From an uncultured Thermoplasmatales archaeon (GTDB lineage: Archaea; Thermoplasmatota; E2; DHVEG-1): 64,000 bases of DNA. The first letter of the stretch is position 1, and each line of letters starts with the position of its first letter. Below the pieces are notes generated by a model. The model made no database searches, was not told the DNA's origin, and saw only the letters and a list, made by a program, of their open reading frames with translations. The DNA is taken from assembly GCA_964346655.1 (NCBI GenBank), contig CAYFVP010000055.1, forward strand, positions 5,028 to 69,027, given 5' to 3'. Positions 40,236-51,634 of this stretch are shown here, one piece after another. A program made the position numbers and the translations under genes.

Positions 40236-40655
40236 ATGCCATTCAAATATTTTGGAAAAATAAACTTCACACCTTATACTAAAGTAGACAAATTTGCTGA
40301 CTATCTTCACAAGGGAAAGCTCATGGGAACTAGGTGTAAAAAATGCAATGAGAGATATTTCCCGCCCCGTGCAGATTGTCTCAAATGTATGAATGATACT
40401 TTTGAATGGATAGAATACTCTGGAAAAGGAACACTTCATAGCTTTACTAAAATATATGCCGCGCCTAAGGGCTTTGAAGACATAGCTCCATACACCTTGG
40501 GAGTTGCAGATCTTGAAGAAGGTGGGCGTGTAATTGCCTGGATTGAAAATATCTCAGATAAAGATATAAAAATCGGCATGCCAATCAAGATTGTTCCGAA
40601 AATATTTGAGGAAATTGAAGAAATCAAATTATACTATACAATTGAAAAACCTTAG
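40236..40655 (+). CDS. DUF35 OB-fold / zinc-ribbon protein partner of thiolase
   Basis: CKKCNERYFPPRADCLKC zinc ribbon; adjacent to and co-oriented with the thiolase. Confidence 0.75.
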   Translation: MPFKYFGKINFTPYTKVDKFADYLHKGKLMGTRCKKCNERYFPPRADCLKCMNDTFEWIEYSGKGTLHSFTKIYAAPKGFEDIAPYTLGVADLEEGGRVIAWIENISDKDIKIGMPIKIVPKIFEEIEEIKLYYTIEKP

Positions 40656-41794
40656 GATTCAGGTTTCTTTAATGGTTTTGGAAGAACTGCTTCTTTTAGT
40701 TTATCATTAAAGGGATGACCTTCAGCTAAAAGCTGGCGATATTTCACAAAATCAATAACATCTTTACCAGTTAATTTTTTATTATTAAATGCATGAAAAC
40801 CAAGAAACGCCTCTGTTGCCATGTTTGCAGCAAGCCAATGACGATTTGCAAGTTTTGTTTGATCCCAGAAGAATTTCTTTTTCATTCTAATTCCATCAAT
40901 GGATTTAATTAAACATCCTGGCATTAAATTGGTATAAGTCCAAAGTATCCTATCAATTGTCTTATCCAAAAGTTCAAAGTCTGTAGGATAAGATTTAATT
41001 AACTCCCTTGCTTTTTTAAAATCTTCACCTTTTAAAAATTCTCCATATACAATTTCACTGTCTTCTATATATTTATCTATGATAACTGTTGGATTTCTTA
41101 CAAATTTCGCGCCCTTTTTTAAAACAGGAACTACCTTACTAACAAGTCCTAATCTTTTCATTTTATATGCAGACCAAAGTTCACAGGAAATACAGTTCCA
41201 CATTGCGTCTTCTATTCCTAAATACCATGGAAGAAAATCTGTTGAACCACCATCTGGTGCAGAGCCATGTCTAGGACCAGCTTGACCGAAAATTGCTGTA
41301 TCTGAAGAAACAGAAATATCACAAGCCATCCCTATTTCTTGACCGCCTGCAACTCTCATGCCATTTACCCTACAAATTATTGGTTTTTTACAATTTAATA
41401 TAGCATCAACCATGGCATTGAATAAATCCATGTATTCTCCATATTCATTTGGTCTTCCAGAATAATATTCAGCATATTCCTTGGTATTTCCTCCAGTGCA
41501 AAAGGCTCTATCACCAACTGCAGTAAATATTGCTGCAACAACACTACGATCCATTGACGCTTTATGAAAACCTGCAATAACTCCTTTTACCATTTTTGTA
41601 GTGTATGAATTATATTGCTTAGGATTGTTAAGTATAATCCATGCTGAATTCAGTCCTTTTACTTTTTTTCCCTCAGAATCTACAATTGGCTTTAATTCAT
41701 AAATTATACTTGGAGGTTCTTTACTAAAGTATTCATCTCCCCATAGGTTATGATTTTTAATTTCATCATCTTTTGGTAACCAATCTAAAGGCAT
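40652..41794 (-). CDS. crotonase-superfamily enzyme, 380 aa; candidate 6-oxocyclohex-1-ene-1-carbonyl-CoA hydrolase (Oah/BamA-like)
   Basis: crotonase core (AIFTAVGDRAFCTGGN, NGMRVAGGQEIG) plus a long C-terminal extension; size matches Oah/BamA. Confidence 0.45.
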   Translation of the reverse strand: MPLDWLPKDDEIKNHNLWGDEYFSKEPPSIIYELKPIVDSEGKKVKGLNSAWIILNNPKQYNSYTTKMVKGVIAGFHKASMDRSVVAAIFTAVGDRAFCTGGNTKEYAEYYSGRPNEYGEYMDLFNAMVDAILNCKKPIICRVNGMRVAGGQEIGMACDISVSSDTAIFGQAGPRHGSAPDGGSTDFLPWYLGIEDAMWNCISCELWSAYKMKRLGLVSKVVPVLKKGAKFVRNPTVIIDKYIEDSEIVYGEFLKGEDFKKARELIKSYPTDFELLDKTIDRILWTYTNLMPGCLIKSIDGIRMKKKFFWDQTKLANRHWLAANMATEAFLGFHAFNNKKLTGKDVIDFVKYRQLLAEGHPFNDKLKEAVLPKPLKKPES

Positions 41795-42038
41795 TTTAAC
41801 CCTCCCTCATGATAGAAAGCTTAGAGCAGAATGATATTACATTATTTATATCTTTTTTAATTCCTAACTAAAAATTTAACAATATTTTATAATAAAATCA
41901 TAAATTCAATTTTCTTATATATTTAAGTTTAATAGAAGTTTATTTTAACTTTTCAAAAAATAGTTGTTATAATTTAGTAAAATAAAATAAATAAGATTAT
42001 ATACTCTCCACTATTTCACAAAATCCGGGGAGAAAGTT

Positions 42039-43211
42039 ATGAAAGCAGCAGTTTTATATGGAAAAGAAGAATTAAAAATAGTTCCTGATTTTGATGATCC
42101 TGTTATGAAAGAATCGGATGTTTTAATAAACTCGAAATATACTGGTTTATGTAGTACAGATAGAACACTGTATCGTGGTTTTGTTCCATTTACACCACCA
42201 TTAATAATAGGTCATGAAATCGCAGGAGTTGTAGAAGATGTTGGTAAATCTGCTAAAGGTTTAGATGTTGGTGATCATGTAATTGTCCCTCCAGTTTATC
42301 CAGGATGTGATAATGAAAATTGCCAAGCATGCAGAGAGGGACTTACAAACAGATGTAAAAATTCTATTTTTATAGGCCATGGAGTACATGGTGGTGATGC
42401 TGAATTAATTGCAGTCCCATCAAAATATACATTTAAAATTAAAGAGGGTGTTTCATTGGATGAGGCTTGTATTATACCAGATGCCGTGTCAACACCATTT
42501 CATGCATTAAAAAGTAGATCTATTCCACCACATATAATTCAAAATATACCAAATTCTAAAAGGTTATTTGAAAGACAAACCCATTGGTTAAAAGGAAAAA
42601 ATATTGTAATTTTTGGTGTAGGTGGTGTTGGAGGTCCAGCAGTAAACCTTGCTAAGCGTTATTTTCAAGCAAAAAATATTCTTGCTGTTGATATTTTTGA
42701 TAATAAACTTGAGTATGCAAAAAAACTTGGTGCAACCCATGTAGTTAATTCTTACACCTATTTTAAAGAAAATAATATTCAAATAAATGAACTAACTGGA
42801 AGAGAAAAAGCAAAGGCAATTTCTGGTCTTGCAAGAAATATTTCTTCCAATTTTTCAGAGGATAAATTCCAGGTTGATTGCGTTCTTGACTGCTCCGGTG
42901 TACCCGATACATTTCCAGTAGCCGTTGAAACTGTAAGTAAAAATAGAACTGTTATTCAAGTCGGATGGCCACCAAAACCAGTTAGTGAGTTTTTAAACCA
43001 AAAAATCATGGATAAATATCTTACAATTAACGGAACATGGGCATGTCCAATGGATGAAATGGAAGAAATTGTGAAAGCAGTTGAAGAAGAAACAGTTGAT
43101 TTAAATTTACTTGTAACAAACAAAGATTATTCTTTAGACAAATTAGAAACTGCAATTCATGATTTAGAAGCAGGAAAAATTCTTGGACGAGCAACCATTT
43201 GTGTTGAATAG
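42039..43211 (+). CDS. zinc-dependent medium-chain alcohol dehydrogenase family; candidate 6-hydroxycyclohex-1-ene-1-carbonyl-CoA dehydrogenase (Had-like)
   Basis: GHEIAGVVEDVG, structural-zinc cysteines CDNENCQACREGLTNRC, GVGGVG Rossmann motif. Confidence 0.6.
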   Translation: MKAAVLYGKEELKIVPDFDDPVMKESDVLINSKYTGLCSTDRTLYRGFVPFTPPLIIGHEIAGVVEDVGKSAKGLDVGDHVIVPPVYPGCDNENCQACREGLTNRCKNSIFIGHGVHGGDAELIAVPSKYTFKIKEGVSLDEACIIPDAVSTPFHALKSRSIPPHIIQNIPNSKRLFERQTHWLKGKNIVIFGVGGVGGPAVNLAKRYFQAKNILAVDIFDNKLEYAKKLGATHVVNSYTYFKENNIQINELTGREKAKAISGLARNISSNFSEDKFQVDCVLDCSGVPDTFPVAVETVSKNRTVIQVGWPPKPVSEFLNQKIMDKYLTINGTWACPMDEMEEIVKAVEEETVDLNLLVTNKDYSLDKLETAIHDLEAGKILGRATICVE

Positions 43212-43229
43212 ATATAAGGGGATTTTGTT

Positions 43230-43997
43230 ATGGATTATAAGACAATTATTGTTGATGAAAAAGATATGATCGGAAAAATCATATTCAATAGACAACCTTT
43301 AAATGTTTTGAATATTGAAATGATGAAAGAGATAAATCAGGCATTAAAAGATTTTCAAGGTAAAAATCTAAAAGTTTTAATATTCGCTGCCAATGGAAAG
43401 GCTTTTTCTGCAGGTGTTGATGTTTTAGATCATACAAAGGATAAAGTAAAAGATATGATACAGGTCTTTCATGATATTTTCAGAAATCTAAATAAAATCA
43501 ATGCTCCAACTGTTGCAATTGTAAATGGATCAGCACTTGGAGGTGGATGTGAAGTAGCAACTTTTTGTGATATAGTAATTGCATCAGAAAAATCTAAATT
43601 TGGACAACCAGAAATAAAAGTAGGAGTTTTTCCACCAGTTGCTGCTGCGTTCTTTCCAAAAATTATGTGGAATAAAAAAGCTCTAGAGCTTATTATGACC
43701 GGAGATATTATTGGTGCAAATGAAGCAAAAGAACTTGGCCTTGTAAATCATATACTTCCAGTTGAAAATTTTGAAGAAGCTGCGGATTTACTTATCAAAG
43801 AAAAACTTGCAAGTAATAGTGCAAAAATTCTTCAATTAACAAAGAGAGCTTTTTTTGAAGGTGTAACTAATAATTATTCTGAATCTATTAAAAAAATCGA
43901 GGATATTTACTTAAATGAGCTTATGAAGACCAATGATGCAAATGAAGGTCTTGCTGCATTTCTTGAAAAAAGGCAGCCTGTTTGGAAAAACAAATAA
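43230..43997 (+). CDS. enoyl-CoA hydratase; candidate cyclohexa-1,5-diene-1-carbonyl-CoA hydratase (Dch-like)
   Basis: FSAGVDV and NGSALGGGCE crotonase motifs; 255 aa. Confidence 0.65.
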   Translation: MDYKTIIVDEKDMIGKIIFNRQPLNVLNIEMMKEINQALKDFQGKNLKVLIFAANGKAFSAGVDVLDHTKDKVKDMIQVFHDIFRNLNKINAPTVAIVNGSALGGGCEVATFCDIVIASEKSKFGQPEIKVGVFPPVAAAFFPKIMWNKKALELIMTGDIIGANEAKELGLVNHILPVENFEEAADLLIKEKLASNSAKILQLTKRAFFEGVTNNYSESIKKIEDIYLNELMKTNDANEGLAAFLEKRQPVWKNK

Positions 43998-44132
43998 AGA
44001 AATATTTTCTTTAAATAAACTTTAATATTTTTTCAAGTAATATGGGTCAGCTATTGTTATTTTTAAAAGTTATAAGGATAAAAACTTAATACCTATTAAG
44101 AGATTATGGATTTGTATTCTGGGGAGACATAT

Positions 44133-47100
44133 ATGAAGAAAAAAATAATTGGGATTTTTATTATATTGTTAATGATCTGCAGTGTTCTTGCAAGTGCTTC
44201 TGTAAATATTAACATAGAAGCAAATATGTTAGGTGAAAAAGAAAATATTATAAAAGAAACTATCTCTGTTGGAGCTTATCAAATAGAAAGCACTGAGCAA
44301 GGCGTAAAAATTTGTGTTAATAATTTTGGTCGTTTATTGATACCTGGTAAACCTAATTTACCATCAAAGATATTTTCATTTGCTATTCCACCTGGTTCTG
44401 AGTTTGTTGATATCAACTATAAAATATTGGAACGCGAAATTCTTCCAGGTAATTATTATGTTCAACCTACTACTTTACCACGGGTAATAGGTCAGGAAAA
44501 ACCTGAAGTTTATATGCAAGAACAAAAAGTATATGAGGACAATTACAACAAGGTCTATTATAGCAAAGAACCGTATCCTTCTTCTGCTGTTGAATTTGTA
44601 AGGACTGCAGGTTATAGAAATTTTAATCTTGTTGATGTTAGAGTTAATCCTTTTTCATATAATCCACTATCTGGAATATTAGAATTTTTTTCAAATATTG
44701 ATATACAAATAACATATAAATTTCCTGATGGTTATCCAGATAATAATTTAATGATTGACGATAACATAAATGTCAATAAAATTGCAGAAAAAATCATTTT
44801 TAATTATGATCAAGCGAAAAACTGGTATAAAACCAGTTTAAGTGGAAGAGAATCTTATGATTTGGTAATAATTACAACCAGTACATTAACTTCAAAAGTT
44901 ACAGATTTAGTAGATTGGGAAGAAGAAAAGGGAAAAAGTGTAAAAGTTGTTACTACTTCTTGGATTAGTTCCAACTATGATGGGTATGACTTAGCAGAAA
45001 AGATGAGAAACTTTCTTAGAGATAAATATCCTTCAAATAAATGGGGTATTGAAGATGTTTTAATTGTAGGTGATTATGATGATGTTCCAATGCGACGTAC
45101 TGCCCAGGATACAGGTTATGGAAGACCTGAGACTGACTATTATTATGCAGAGCTTTCCCTTCCTGATAGTCAATCTTGGGATGCAGATGGTGATCATCAA
45201 TATGGTGAGGATTCAGATCCTATTGATTTTTATACCGAGGTAAATGTTGGAAGGATTCCCTGGAGTAGTACTTCAACTGTTGAAGATATTTGCGAAAAAT
45301 CTGTTGATTATGAACAGAATAATGATGTATCTTTTAAGAAAAATATTCTCCTTTTAGGTGCCTATTTTTGGCCAGATACTGACAATGCAGTATTGATGGA
45401 GGAAAAGGTTGATCAAGAATGGATGGTTGATTGGACTATGACTCGAATTTATGAACAAGGTCATTCCTCTTATCCATCTGATTACGACCTTACTTATTCA
45501 AATGTTGAATCAGTATGGTCATCAGGTAAATATGCTTTTGTGAACTGGGCAGGTCATGGCTCTCCTACTGGCTGTTATATTTACTATTCATCAGGACCTT
45601 TTGTTGATACACAAACATGTAATTCTTTAAATGATAACTATCCTGCTATTATCTTTGCTGATGCTTGCAGTAATTCAGATACAGACCATCTCAACCTTGG
45701 TCAGTCTATGTTAAGGAATGGTGCTGTTGGATTTGTAGGCGCAACAAAGGTTGCTTATGGTATGCCTGGCTGGAATAACCCATATGATGGCTCAAGTCAA
45801 TCAATGGATTATTTCTTCACGACATGTGTAACATCTGGTGAATATTCACAGGGTCAGGCTCATCAATGGGCATTACTTGAGATGTATACAAATGGACTTT
45901 GGTATTATAATAAATATGAAACATTTGAATGGGGAGCTTTATGGGGGCATCCTAATCTAGCTATGGAACCACCTCTCTTAAAAATTAAGCTACAAGATGA
46001 ATTACCTAAGTTGATAGAACCAGGAGTCTCAACATCCATTTCTGTTGAAATTGAAGAAAATACAGATAACTATATTCCTGGATCAGGTAAGCTTTATTAC
46101 AGATATGACAGTGCAACATTTATTGAATCACCTTTAGAGCATGTTAATGGTGAGCTATATGAGGCTACATTACCACCAGCATATTGTGGCGATATACCTG
46201 AGTATTATTTTAGCGCAGAAGGAGAAAAGGCTGGAACAATATTCAAACCATATGGTGCTCCAGACAATTTATATTCTGCACTTGTAGGAGAATTTATCAC
46301 AGTGTTTTCTGATGATTTTGAAATAGATAAAGGTTGGACTGTTGAAAATGATCCATATTTAACGATTGGTGCTTGGGAACGAGGAGTGCCAATTGGCGGT
46401 GGTGACCGAGGCGATCCGCCAGCAGACTATGATGGCTCAGGACAATGTTATCTAACATGTAATCAAGATGGAGACTCTGATATTGATGATGGAATTACTT
46501 GGCTTATATCTCCAACTTTTGATCTTAGTTATGGTTTAGATCATATTATTGAATATGCCTTATGGTATACCAATAACTATGGGAATGATCCAAATAATGA
46601 TTTATTTAACGTGTATGTTTCAAATGATGATGGCTCAAACTGGGTTTTAGCAGAAACCATTGGACCTGCATCTTCTTCAGGTTGGAAAGAACATAGTTTT
46701 GTAGTTAGCGATTATGTTACACCCAATAATGAGGTAAAGGTTCGCTTTGAAGCATCAGACTTAAATGCAGGATCAGTTGTTGAAGCAGGAATTGATGCAT
46801 TCCATATTTATATCCACGAATGTAATAATCCTCCAATGCCTCAGCTAAGTTGTAGTGGAAATCTTAATTGGAATAGGGTGCAACCAGAAGAAACGGTTAC
46901 AGGTTCTTTTACAGTTGAAAACTCAGGTGATCCTGATTCACTTTTGAGTTGGAATATTGAAATTCCCACAAGTTGGGGCTCATGGATTTTCAATCCTGAG
47001 TTTGGTATCGACTTAAAGCCTCAAGATGGACCAGTTACGATAAATGTTGAAGTTGTGGCTCCATCTGATCCACAAACAGAATTCAGAGAAAAAATTAAAA

Positions 47101-47258
47101 TATACAATCCGGAAGATGTTGGAGATTACTGTGAAATAGACGTTGTTTTAAATACTCCAAGAAACAGAGCCATTAATATGCCACTTTCTATTTTTAAAAA
47201 TAGAAATTTACAGATATTTACGTTTCTTCAGATGTTATTACATCTTTTAATTAAATAA
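44133..47258 (+). CDS. secreted clan-CD cysteine peptidase (C25 gingipain-like) with C-terminal beta-sandwich domains
   Basis: signal peptide; His-Gly ([10 protein letters not shown]) and Ala-Cys ([10 protein letters not shown]) catalytic blocks each preceded by a hydrophobic strand; GGGGAG SD at 44120. Confidence 0.6.
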   Translation: MKKKIIGIFIILLMICSVLASASVNINIEANMLGEKENIIKETISVGAYQIESTEQGVKICVNNFGRLLIPGKPNLPSKIFSFAIPPGSEFVDINYKILEREILPGNYYVQPTTLPRVIGQEKPEVYMQEQKVYEDNYNKVYYSKEPYPSSAVEFVRTAGYRNFNLVDVRVNPFSYNPLSGILEFFSNIDIQITYKFPDGYPDNNLMIDDNINVNKIAEKIIFNYDQAKNWYKTSLSGRESYDLVIITTSTLTSKVTDLVDWEEEKGKSVKVVTTSWISSNYDGYDLAEKMRNFLRDKYPSNKWGIEDVLIVGDYDDVPMRRTAQDTGYGRPETDYYYAELSLPDSQSWDADGDHQYGEDSDPIDFYTEVNVGRIPWSSTSTVEDICEKSVDYEQNNDVSFKKNILLLGAYFWPDTDNAVLMEEKVDQEWMVDWTMTRIYEQGHSSYPSDYDLTYSNVESVWSSGKYAFVNWAGHGSPTGCYIYYSSGPFVDTQTCNSLNDNYPAIIFADACSNSDTDHLNLGQSMLRNGAVGFVGATKVAYGMPGWNNPYDGSSQSMDYFFTTCVTSGEYSQGQAHQWALLEMYTNGLWYYNKYETFEWGALWGHPNLAMEPPLLKIKLQDELPKLIEPGVSTSISVEIEENTDNYIPGSGKLYYRYDSATFIESPLEHVNGELYEATLPPAYCGDIPEYYFSAEGEKAGTIFKPYGAPDNLYSALVGEFITVFSDDFEIDKGWTVENDPYLTIGAWERGVPIGGGDRGDPPADYDGSGQCYLTCNQDGDSDIDDGITWLISPTFDLSYGLDHIIEYALWYTNNYGNDPNNDLFNVYVSNDDGSNWVLAETIGPASSSGWKEHSFVVSDYVTPNNEVKVRFEASDLNAGSVVEAGIDAFHIYIHECNNPPMPQLSCSGNLNWNRVQPEETVTGSFTVENSGDPDSLLSWNIEIPTSWGSWIFNPEFGIDLKPQDGPVTINVEVVAPSDPQTEFREKIKIYNPEDVGDYCEIDVVLNTPRNRAINMPLSIFKNRNLQIFTFLQMLLHLLIK

Positions 47259-47398
47259 AGACTTTAAGCTTTTTTTATTTTAATATTTCAAAATCCATAA
47301 TAAAATAATCTTTTATTATATATTACAAATTTTATTAAAATTAGACATACTAATTTATATACCTAAAATCTATTTATTATGTATTAAATACGGCGGAG

Positions 47399-48169
47399 GT
47401 GGAAAATTTGAAAAAAACAAGTTTTAGGAAAAAAGGCTTAGTAGTATCTATAATTATTTTATTTATTGGAGTTGGTATTTACCCTGCTATTGCGATATTC
47501 CCTGACAAATCTTCTGATATTTTCTTGGATAAAAATATCAAGCAAGGAAAAAATACAGAACCAAAAGAATATTTATTTCAAACTATTATTGATATAGCAA
47601 ACAATCCTGAAGTAAAGGATTTATTTGAACAAACAAAAAATAATGGTGAATGTATCAGTTGGGATTGTGATTTTAAAAGTGTTTTTCAAAAATTATTATT
47701 TAGAAAACCCATACTTATCATTTCTTTGATATTTTCTATACCTAGTATAACACATTCTTATCTTAATAATAATTTTAACAGAGGTTGTGAAATAACAAAA
47801 ATACTTGGAGAAGAAAAAGTAAGTAATATAGTTGAATCAACTGAGATTACTAATCCTGAATTTTTCATTGAATTAAATGACATCATTACAAATGATGAAG
47901 AATTGTCTAATAGGATTTCAATTCTATCGGAGATGAATGAAGAGTTAAAACCTGATGCACCTTTCCAGAATGATTCATCTATCTGTGTACTTTTATTTAT
48001 ACTTTGGTTTGTATATATTATTAGAACTGGGATATCAAAAATAATAGGTAATTTCTTCGAAGGCTCAATTTTATCAAAATTATTTGATTTGCTATGGTAT
48101 AAAAATTGGCGTATAGCAGGTATCATTGCATTAGTATTTGATTTAATGGATTGTGATCATATTATCTAA
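47399..48169 (+). CDS. secreted/membrane hypothetical protein with the IIILFIGVG leader
   Basis: N-terminal KKGLVVSIIILFIGVGIYPAIA; C-terminal TM segment. Confidence 0.4.
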   Translation: MENLKKTSFRKKGLVVSIIILFIGVGIYPAIAIFPDKSSDIFLDKNIKQGKNTEPKEYLFQTIIDIANNPEVKDLFEQTKNNGECISWDCDFKSVFQKLLFRKPILIISLIFSIPSITHSYLNNNFNRGCEITKILGEEKVSNIVESTEITNPEFFIELNDIITNDEELSNRISILSEMNEELKPDAPFQNDSSICVLLFILWFVYIIRTGISKIIGNFFEGSILSKLFDLLWYKNWRIAGIIALVFDLMDCDHII

Positions 48170-48394
48170 ATAATTATTACATAAAAATTATCAAGAGCTC
48201 AATTAAAAAAATCTATTTTTTTTTAAATTTTATATATTTAATTTTTTTTAAAACAAATTTTTTTAACAACATTTTTGTTTGGTTTTTTCCGAACATAGTA
48301 GTATAATATATAAACTATAAAAATGCTTCTTATTCGAATCTTGATACATAGGACGACATGAAATCACATAGAAATTCCATTGGTAGTAGAAATC

Positions 48395-48535
48395 ATGAAA
48401 AAGAAATATAAAATTATAATTGGTATTGTAATATTATTGGTTGGCATTATTGCATTATTTTTTGATAATGCAGTTACTGCTACATTATGCGTTCCAATTG
48501 GAGTTTCTCTTATTATATTTTCAAAAATAATATAA
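48395..48535 (+). CDS. unannotated 46-aa membrane mini-protein
   Basis: MKKKYKIIIGIVILLVGIIALFF...; a single TM. Confidence 0.25.
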   Translation: MKKKYKIIIGIVILLVGIIALFFDNAVTATLCVPIGVSLIIFSKII

Positions 48536-48721
48536 TTTTTGTTGAAAAAATTAAAAAAATATTTTAAAAAAGTTTATTTTCTAGTTATTTTTAATAAATA
48601 GTAATTATATTTATTTGAAGATAAAATTTAATTTTTAATAATAAGATTTATATATGATATATAGAGGTAAAAGTTATATACACTAATTGTCATATGATAA
48701 AATATAAGAGGGGGATAGAAA

Positions 48722-49567
48722 ATGAAAAAAGAATTATCCAAAAGGGCGCTGGTTATTGGAATTATAGTAATATTTATTGGTGTTTCTGTTTCACCAGTAA
48801 TTCAAGGATCAAATCTTAAAACAGATTCATATAAAATAAGGGTAAATAATGAAAATCAAGATACTTCTTTTATAACATTTCATACTTTTGATAAATCTGG
48901 TTCAAAAAAGTGTGGTGTTGAGCTATCTTATAATGCTGTTGAAGAAATCTCTTCCATGTTCGAAGATTTAGAACATAAAATTATTAATGAACCTTTTAGT
49001 TCGGAAACTAAAGCTTTAAAATCTGATTTTGTTGATCTATTAGAGTCGTATGACTTGTTTCCTGCTGGGATGTCCAAAAATAAGGTGCTTTCTTTGTTGA
49101 ATCCGTCCTGGCTTAGTTGGTTTGAAAAAAGACCATATTTTAAAACAAGTAAAGCCTTAAAAACAGGTTTTTTCAACATCTTTAATGTATTGGGAAATCT
49201 TCAAAGGTTTTTTGTTTCTTCTGATATCATTGAGTCGTTGGTAAGATATCCTGAGCCATCTTCTGCTGCCGCTGATGCATTTTTATGTAATATAATTAGT
49301 TGGGGTGTTGGGGTACCTATCCCTTTGTTTATGCTTCCTAGACCTCGTGGTATAGCTTTATGGTATGCTCCAAAAGAATCCCTAACTAATGTAGGTCAGC
49401 TAGTGATTGCAAGTGGATTTCAAGCAAAAGGCACTCAATACGGTATTGCTTTAGGTTTTGTTGGTCTTGGCCTTAGTTTTGCTGTTTTAGGTGAATTTCT
49501 ATATGGTATCATAGGTTATTCAGTTTATGTATATATTAATGCAGATGAAATTACATCGATTTCTTAA
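48722..49567 (+). CDS. secreted/membrane hypothetical protein with the IIVIFIGVSVSP leader
   Basis: N-terminal KRALVIGIIVIFIGVSVSPVIQG; AGGGGGA SD. Confidence 0.45.
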   Translation: MKKELSKRALVIGIIVIFIGVSVSPVIQGSNLKTDSYKIRVNNENQDTSFITFHTFDKSGSKKCGVELSYNAVEEISSMFEDLEHKIINEPFSSETKALKSDFVDLLESYDLFPAGMSKNKVLSLLNPSWLSWFEKRPYFKTSKALKTGFFNIFNVLGNLQRFFVSSDIIESLVRYPEPSSAAADAFLCNIISWGVGVPIPLFMLPRPRGIALWYAPKESLTNVGQLVIASGFQAKGTQYGIALGFVGLGLSFAVLGEFLYGIIGYSVYVYINADEITSIS

Positions 49568-49833
49568 TCCAATTAAAAATCCCTAAATTCTAGTTAATCT
49601 ATTTATAACATTGTAAATATTTCAACTTATCTAAATTCTTTTTTAGAATTCTTTTTTTTATAGTAAAATGTAAAGATTTTATCTTTATAAAAAAGCTTTG
49701 ATTTTTTACTTAATTAAGGGAATCAAAATTATTAGTAAGAAAACAGAACAATTTTAACAGATTCAAAATTATGCTATTAATAATGGTATATATTTAAATA
49801 CTTAAACAAATATAGATAATTATTGGGGGTAAT

Positions 49834-51402
49834 ATGCAAGGAAAAATAGGTTTTAGGAGAAGATTTTTTGTAATATTTGCAGTTTTAATATTAGCATGTG
49901 CTACTATTATTCCGAATGTGGTTGGTCAATCTTATGTTGATTCAAAAAAAGCTGAAGAAAAAGAAATTAAAAATTTGGCTAGTTTTAGATCACTTTTTAG
50001 AAACTTATTAATTAAAACACTTTCTAATAGATTTCAACCAGTAGGAATATTAAAAAGTACTCTTAACACAAATTGTGATGGTATTGAACTATCAACAGAG
50101 ATAATATTTGGTAGAACAAAAGAAATAGATATTGATAATAATTTAGATACTGGTGTTAATGGTAAAGACATTAAAGTTAATTATTTTATTTTACCTTATA
50201 TTAAATTTGACTTTGGTATTGGATTAGGATTAACATTTACGTTTTATATTGAGCGTATTGGTGCAGAAATAAAAGATAGCGATTTCAGTGCAAGTTTAGA
50301 AATTGCTCAGAAGACTATTGTTTTAGGATTCAAATCCCCTGCTGAAATTGGAAATGAAATCCCTTTTTCCACTCGAGTATCATTTAATTTATATTTTTAT
50401 TTGCTTAAGAGAACTCGTGGATTTGGTTTGGCATTGACTCCTGAATATTCTAGTGGAAATGATAATAAAAAGATTGAACTTTTTGCAGAATATTCTGGTG
50501 AAGAACCAAAACGGGAATTCTCGTTATTATTTGACCCTGCTATACAAACTGAAATAGGTTTTGAATCAACAAAGATAAAGGGCGTTTGGAACTATAATTT
50601 CTATCGTAAATCCTCAGATGATTGTCAACTTACATCTAATTTTAAATCAATAGAAAACGGTGCGTCAAAAGATACAACAATTACAATAGATAAATTGCCG
50701 AAAGAATTAAAATTTTCGCTAGGATTAACACCTCTTTCTCAAGGAGGTGGCCAGTTTTTATATGAAAGTAGTGATAAATACGATATTGAATTACAAATTA
50801 TAAGCAGTGAACTAGGAATCTGTGGTTATTCATATCTAAAAAATACTCCAAAAAGAATTTTTGCAGAATGGATTCCTACTTTCCTTAATGGAGAATACCA
50901 TATAGATATAGATTCAAATGGGACAGATTTTGGTATTAAGGATACATTAGTTAATCCATATATTAATCTTGAAGTAAAAAGCCTTAAAACAATTGAGGTA
51001 GATGCATATTGGAATCTTACAAATCCAGGGGATTTTACAGTTTACAAAGATACAGATATTCATGTTGACTTAGATTTTTCAATTGGAGAATGGGTTGCAA
51101 ACCTTGATGTTGAACCAATTGCAAAAAACATTTCAACATCCTGGTTTATAGATATATCCGGTTATTTGACAATTGATACAAATGGAGAGCCATTTAGTAT
51201 TATGGATTTAACTGTTAAAGGACCTTTAATAGGTCTTCGTATTATTGGAGAATCGTTTAAATCTGAGGATGCAAAAATTTCTTGGACTTTATGGCCACCT
51301 CAGGAATGGGATTTAACAATAACAGGCTGGGTTATTGCATCTGAAATAAGTTCCATTGATATATACTTAATAGATAGTTGGTATCATCTCTGGCCGTGGT
51401 AA
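49834..51402 (+). CDS. secreted hypothetical protein (522 aa)
   Basis: signal peptide RRRFFVIFAVLILACATIIPNVVGQ; GGGGG SD. Confidence 0.45.
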   Translation: MQGKIGFRRRFFVIFAVLILACATIIPNVVGQSYVDSKKAEEKEIKNLASFRSLFRNLLIKTLSNRFQPVGILKSTLNTNCDGIELSTEIIFGRTKEIDIDNNLDTGVNGKDIKVNYFILPYIKFDFGIGLGLTFTFYIERIGAEIKDSDFSASLEIAQKTIVLGFKSPAEIGNEIPFSTRVSFNLYFYLLKRTRGFGLALTPEYSSGNDNKKIELFAEYSGEEPKREFSLLFDPAIQTEIGFESTKIKGVWNYNFYRKSSDDCQLTSNFKSIENGASKDTTITIDKLPKELKFSLGLTPLSQGGGQFLYESSDKYDIELQIISSELGICGYSYLKNTPKRIFAEWIPTFLNGEYHIDIDSNGTDFGIKDTLVNPYINLEVKSLKTIEVDAYWNLTNPGDFTVYKDTDIHVDLDFSIGEWVANLDVEPIAKNISTSWFIDISGYLTIDTNGEPFSIMDLTVKGPLIGLRIIGESFKSEDAKISWTLWPPQEWDLTITGWVIASEISSIDIYLIDSWYHLWPW

Positions 51403-51634
51403 TCTCTTTTTTATTTTGAACCAATATACCCTAAATTCATAGGATTAAAAATCAAACACATCAACAGAAGGCATAATTTAAATGAGATAGACTTTTTACT
51501 CAACGTTCTAACCTCCTCAATAATTTTTACAGATCTAAAATATTTGAAACTTCAAGATGATTATCTCTGGGTTAATCTTTAATCTTGTAAATAAAAAGTG
51601 AAAAATCTATTTTGTAATAATAATTTTAGATTTA

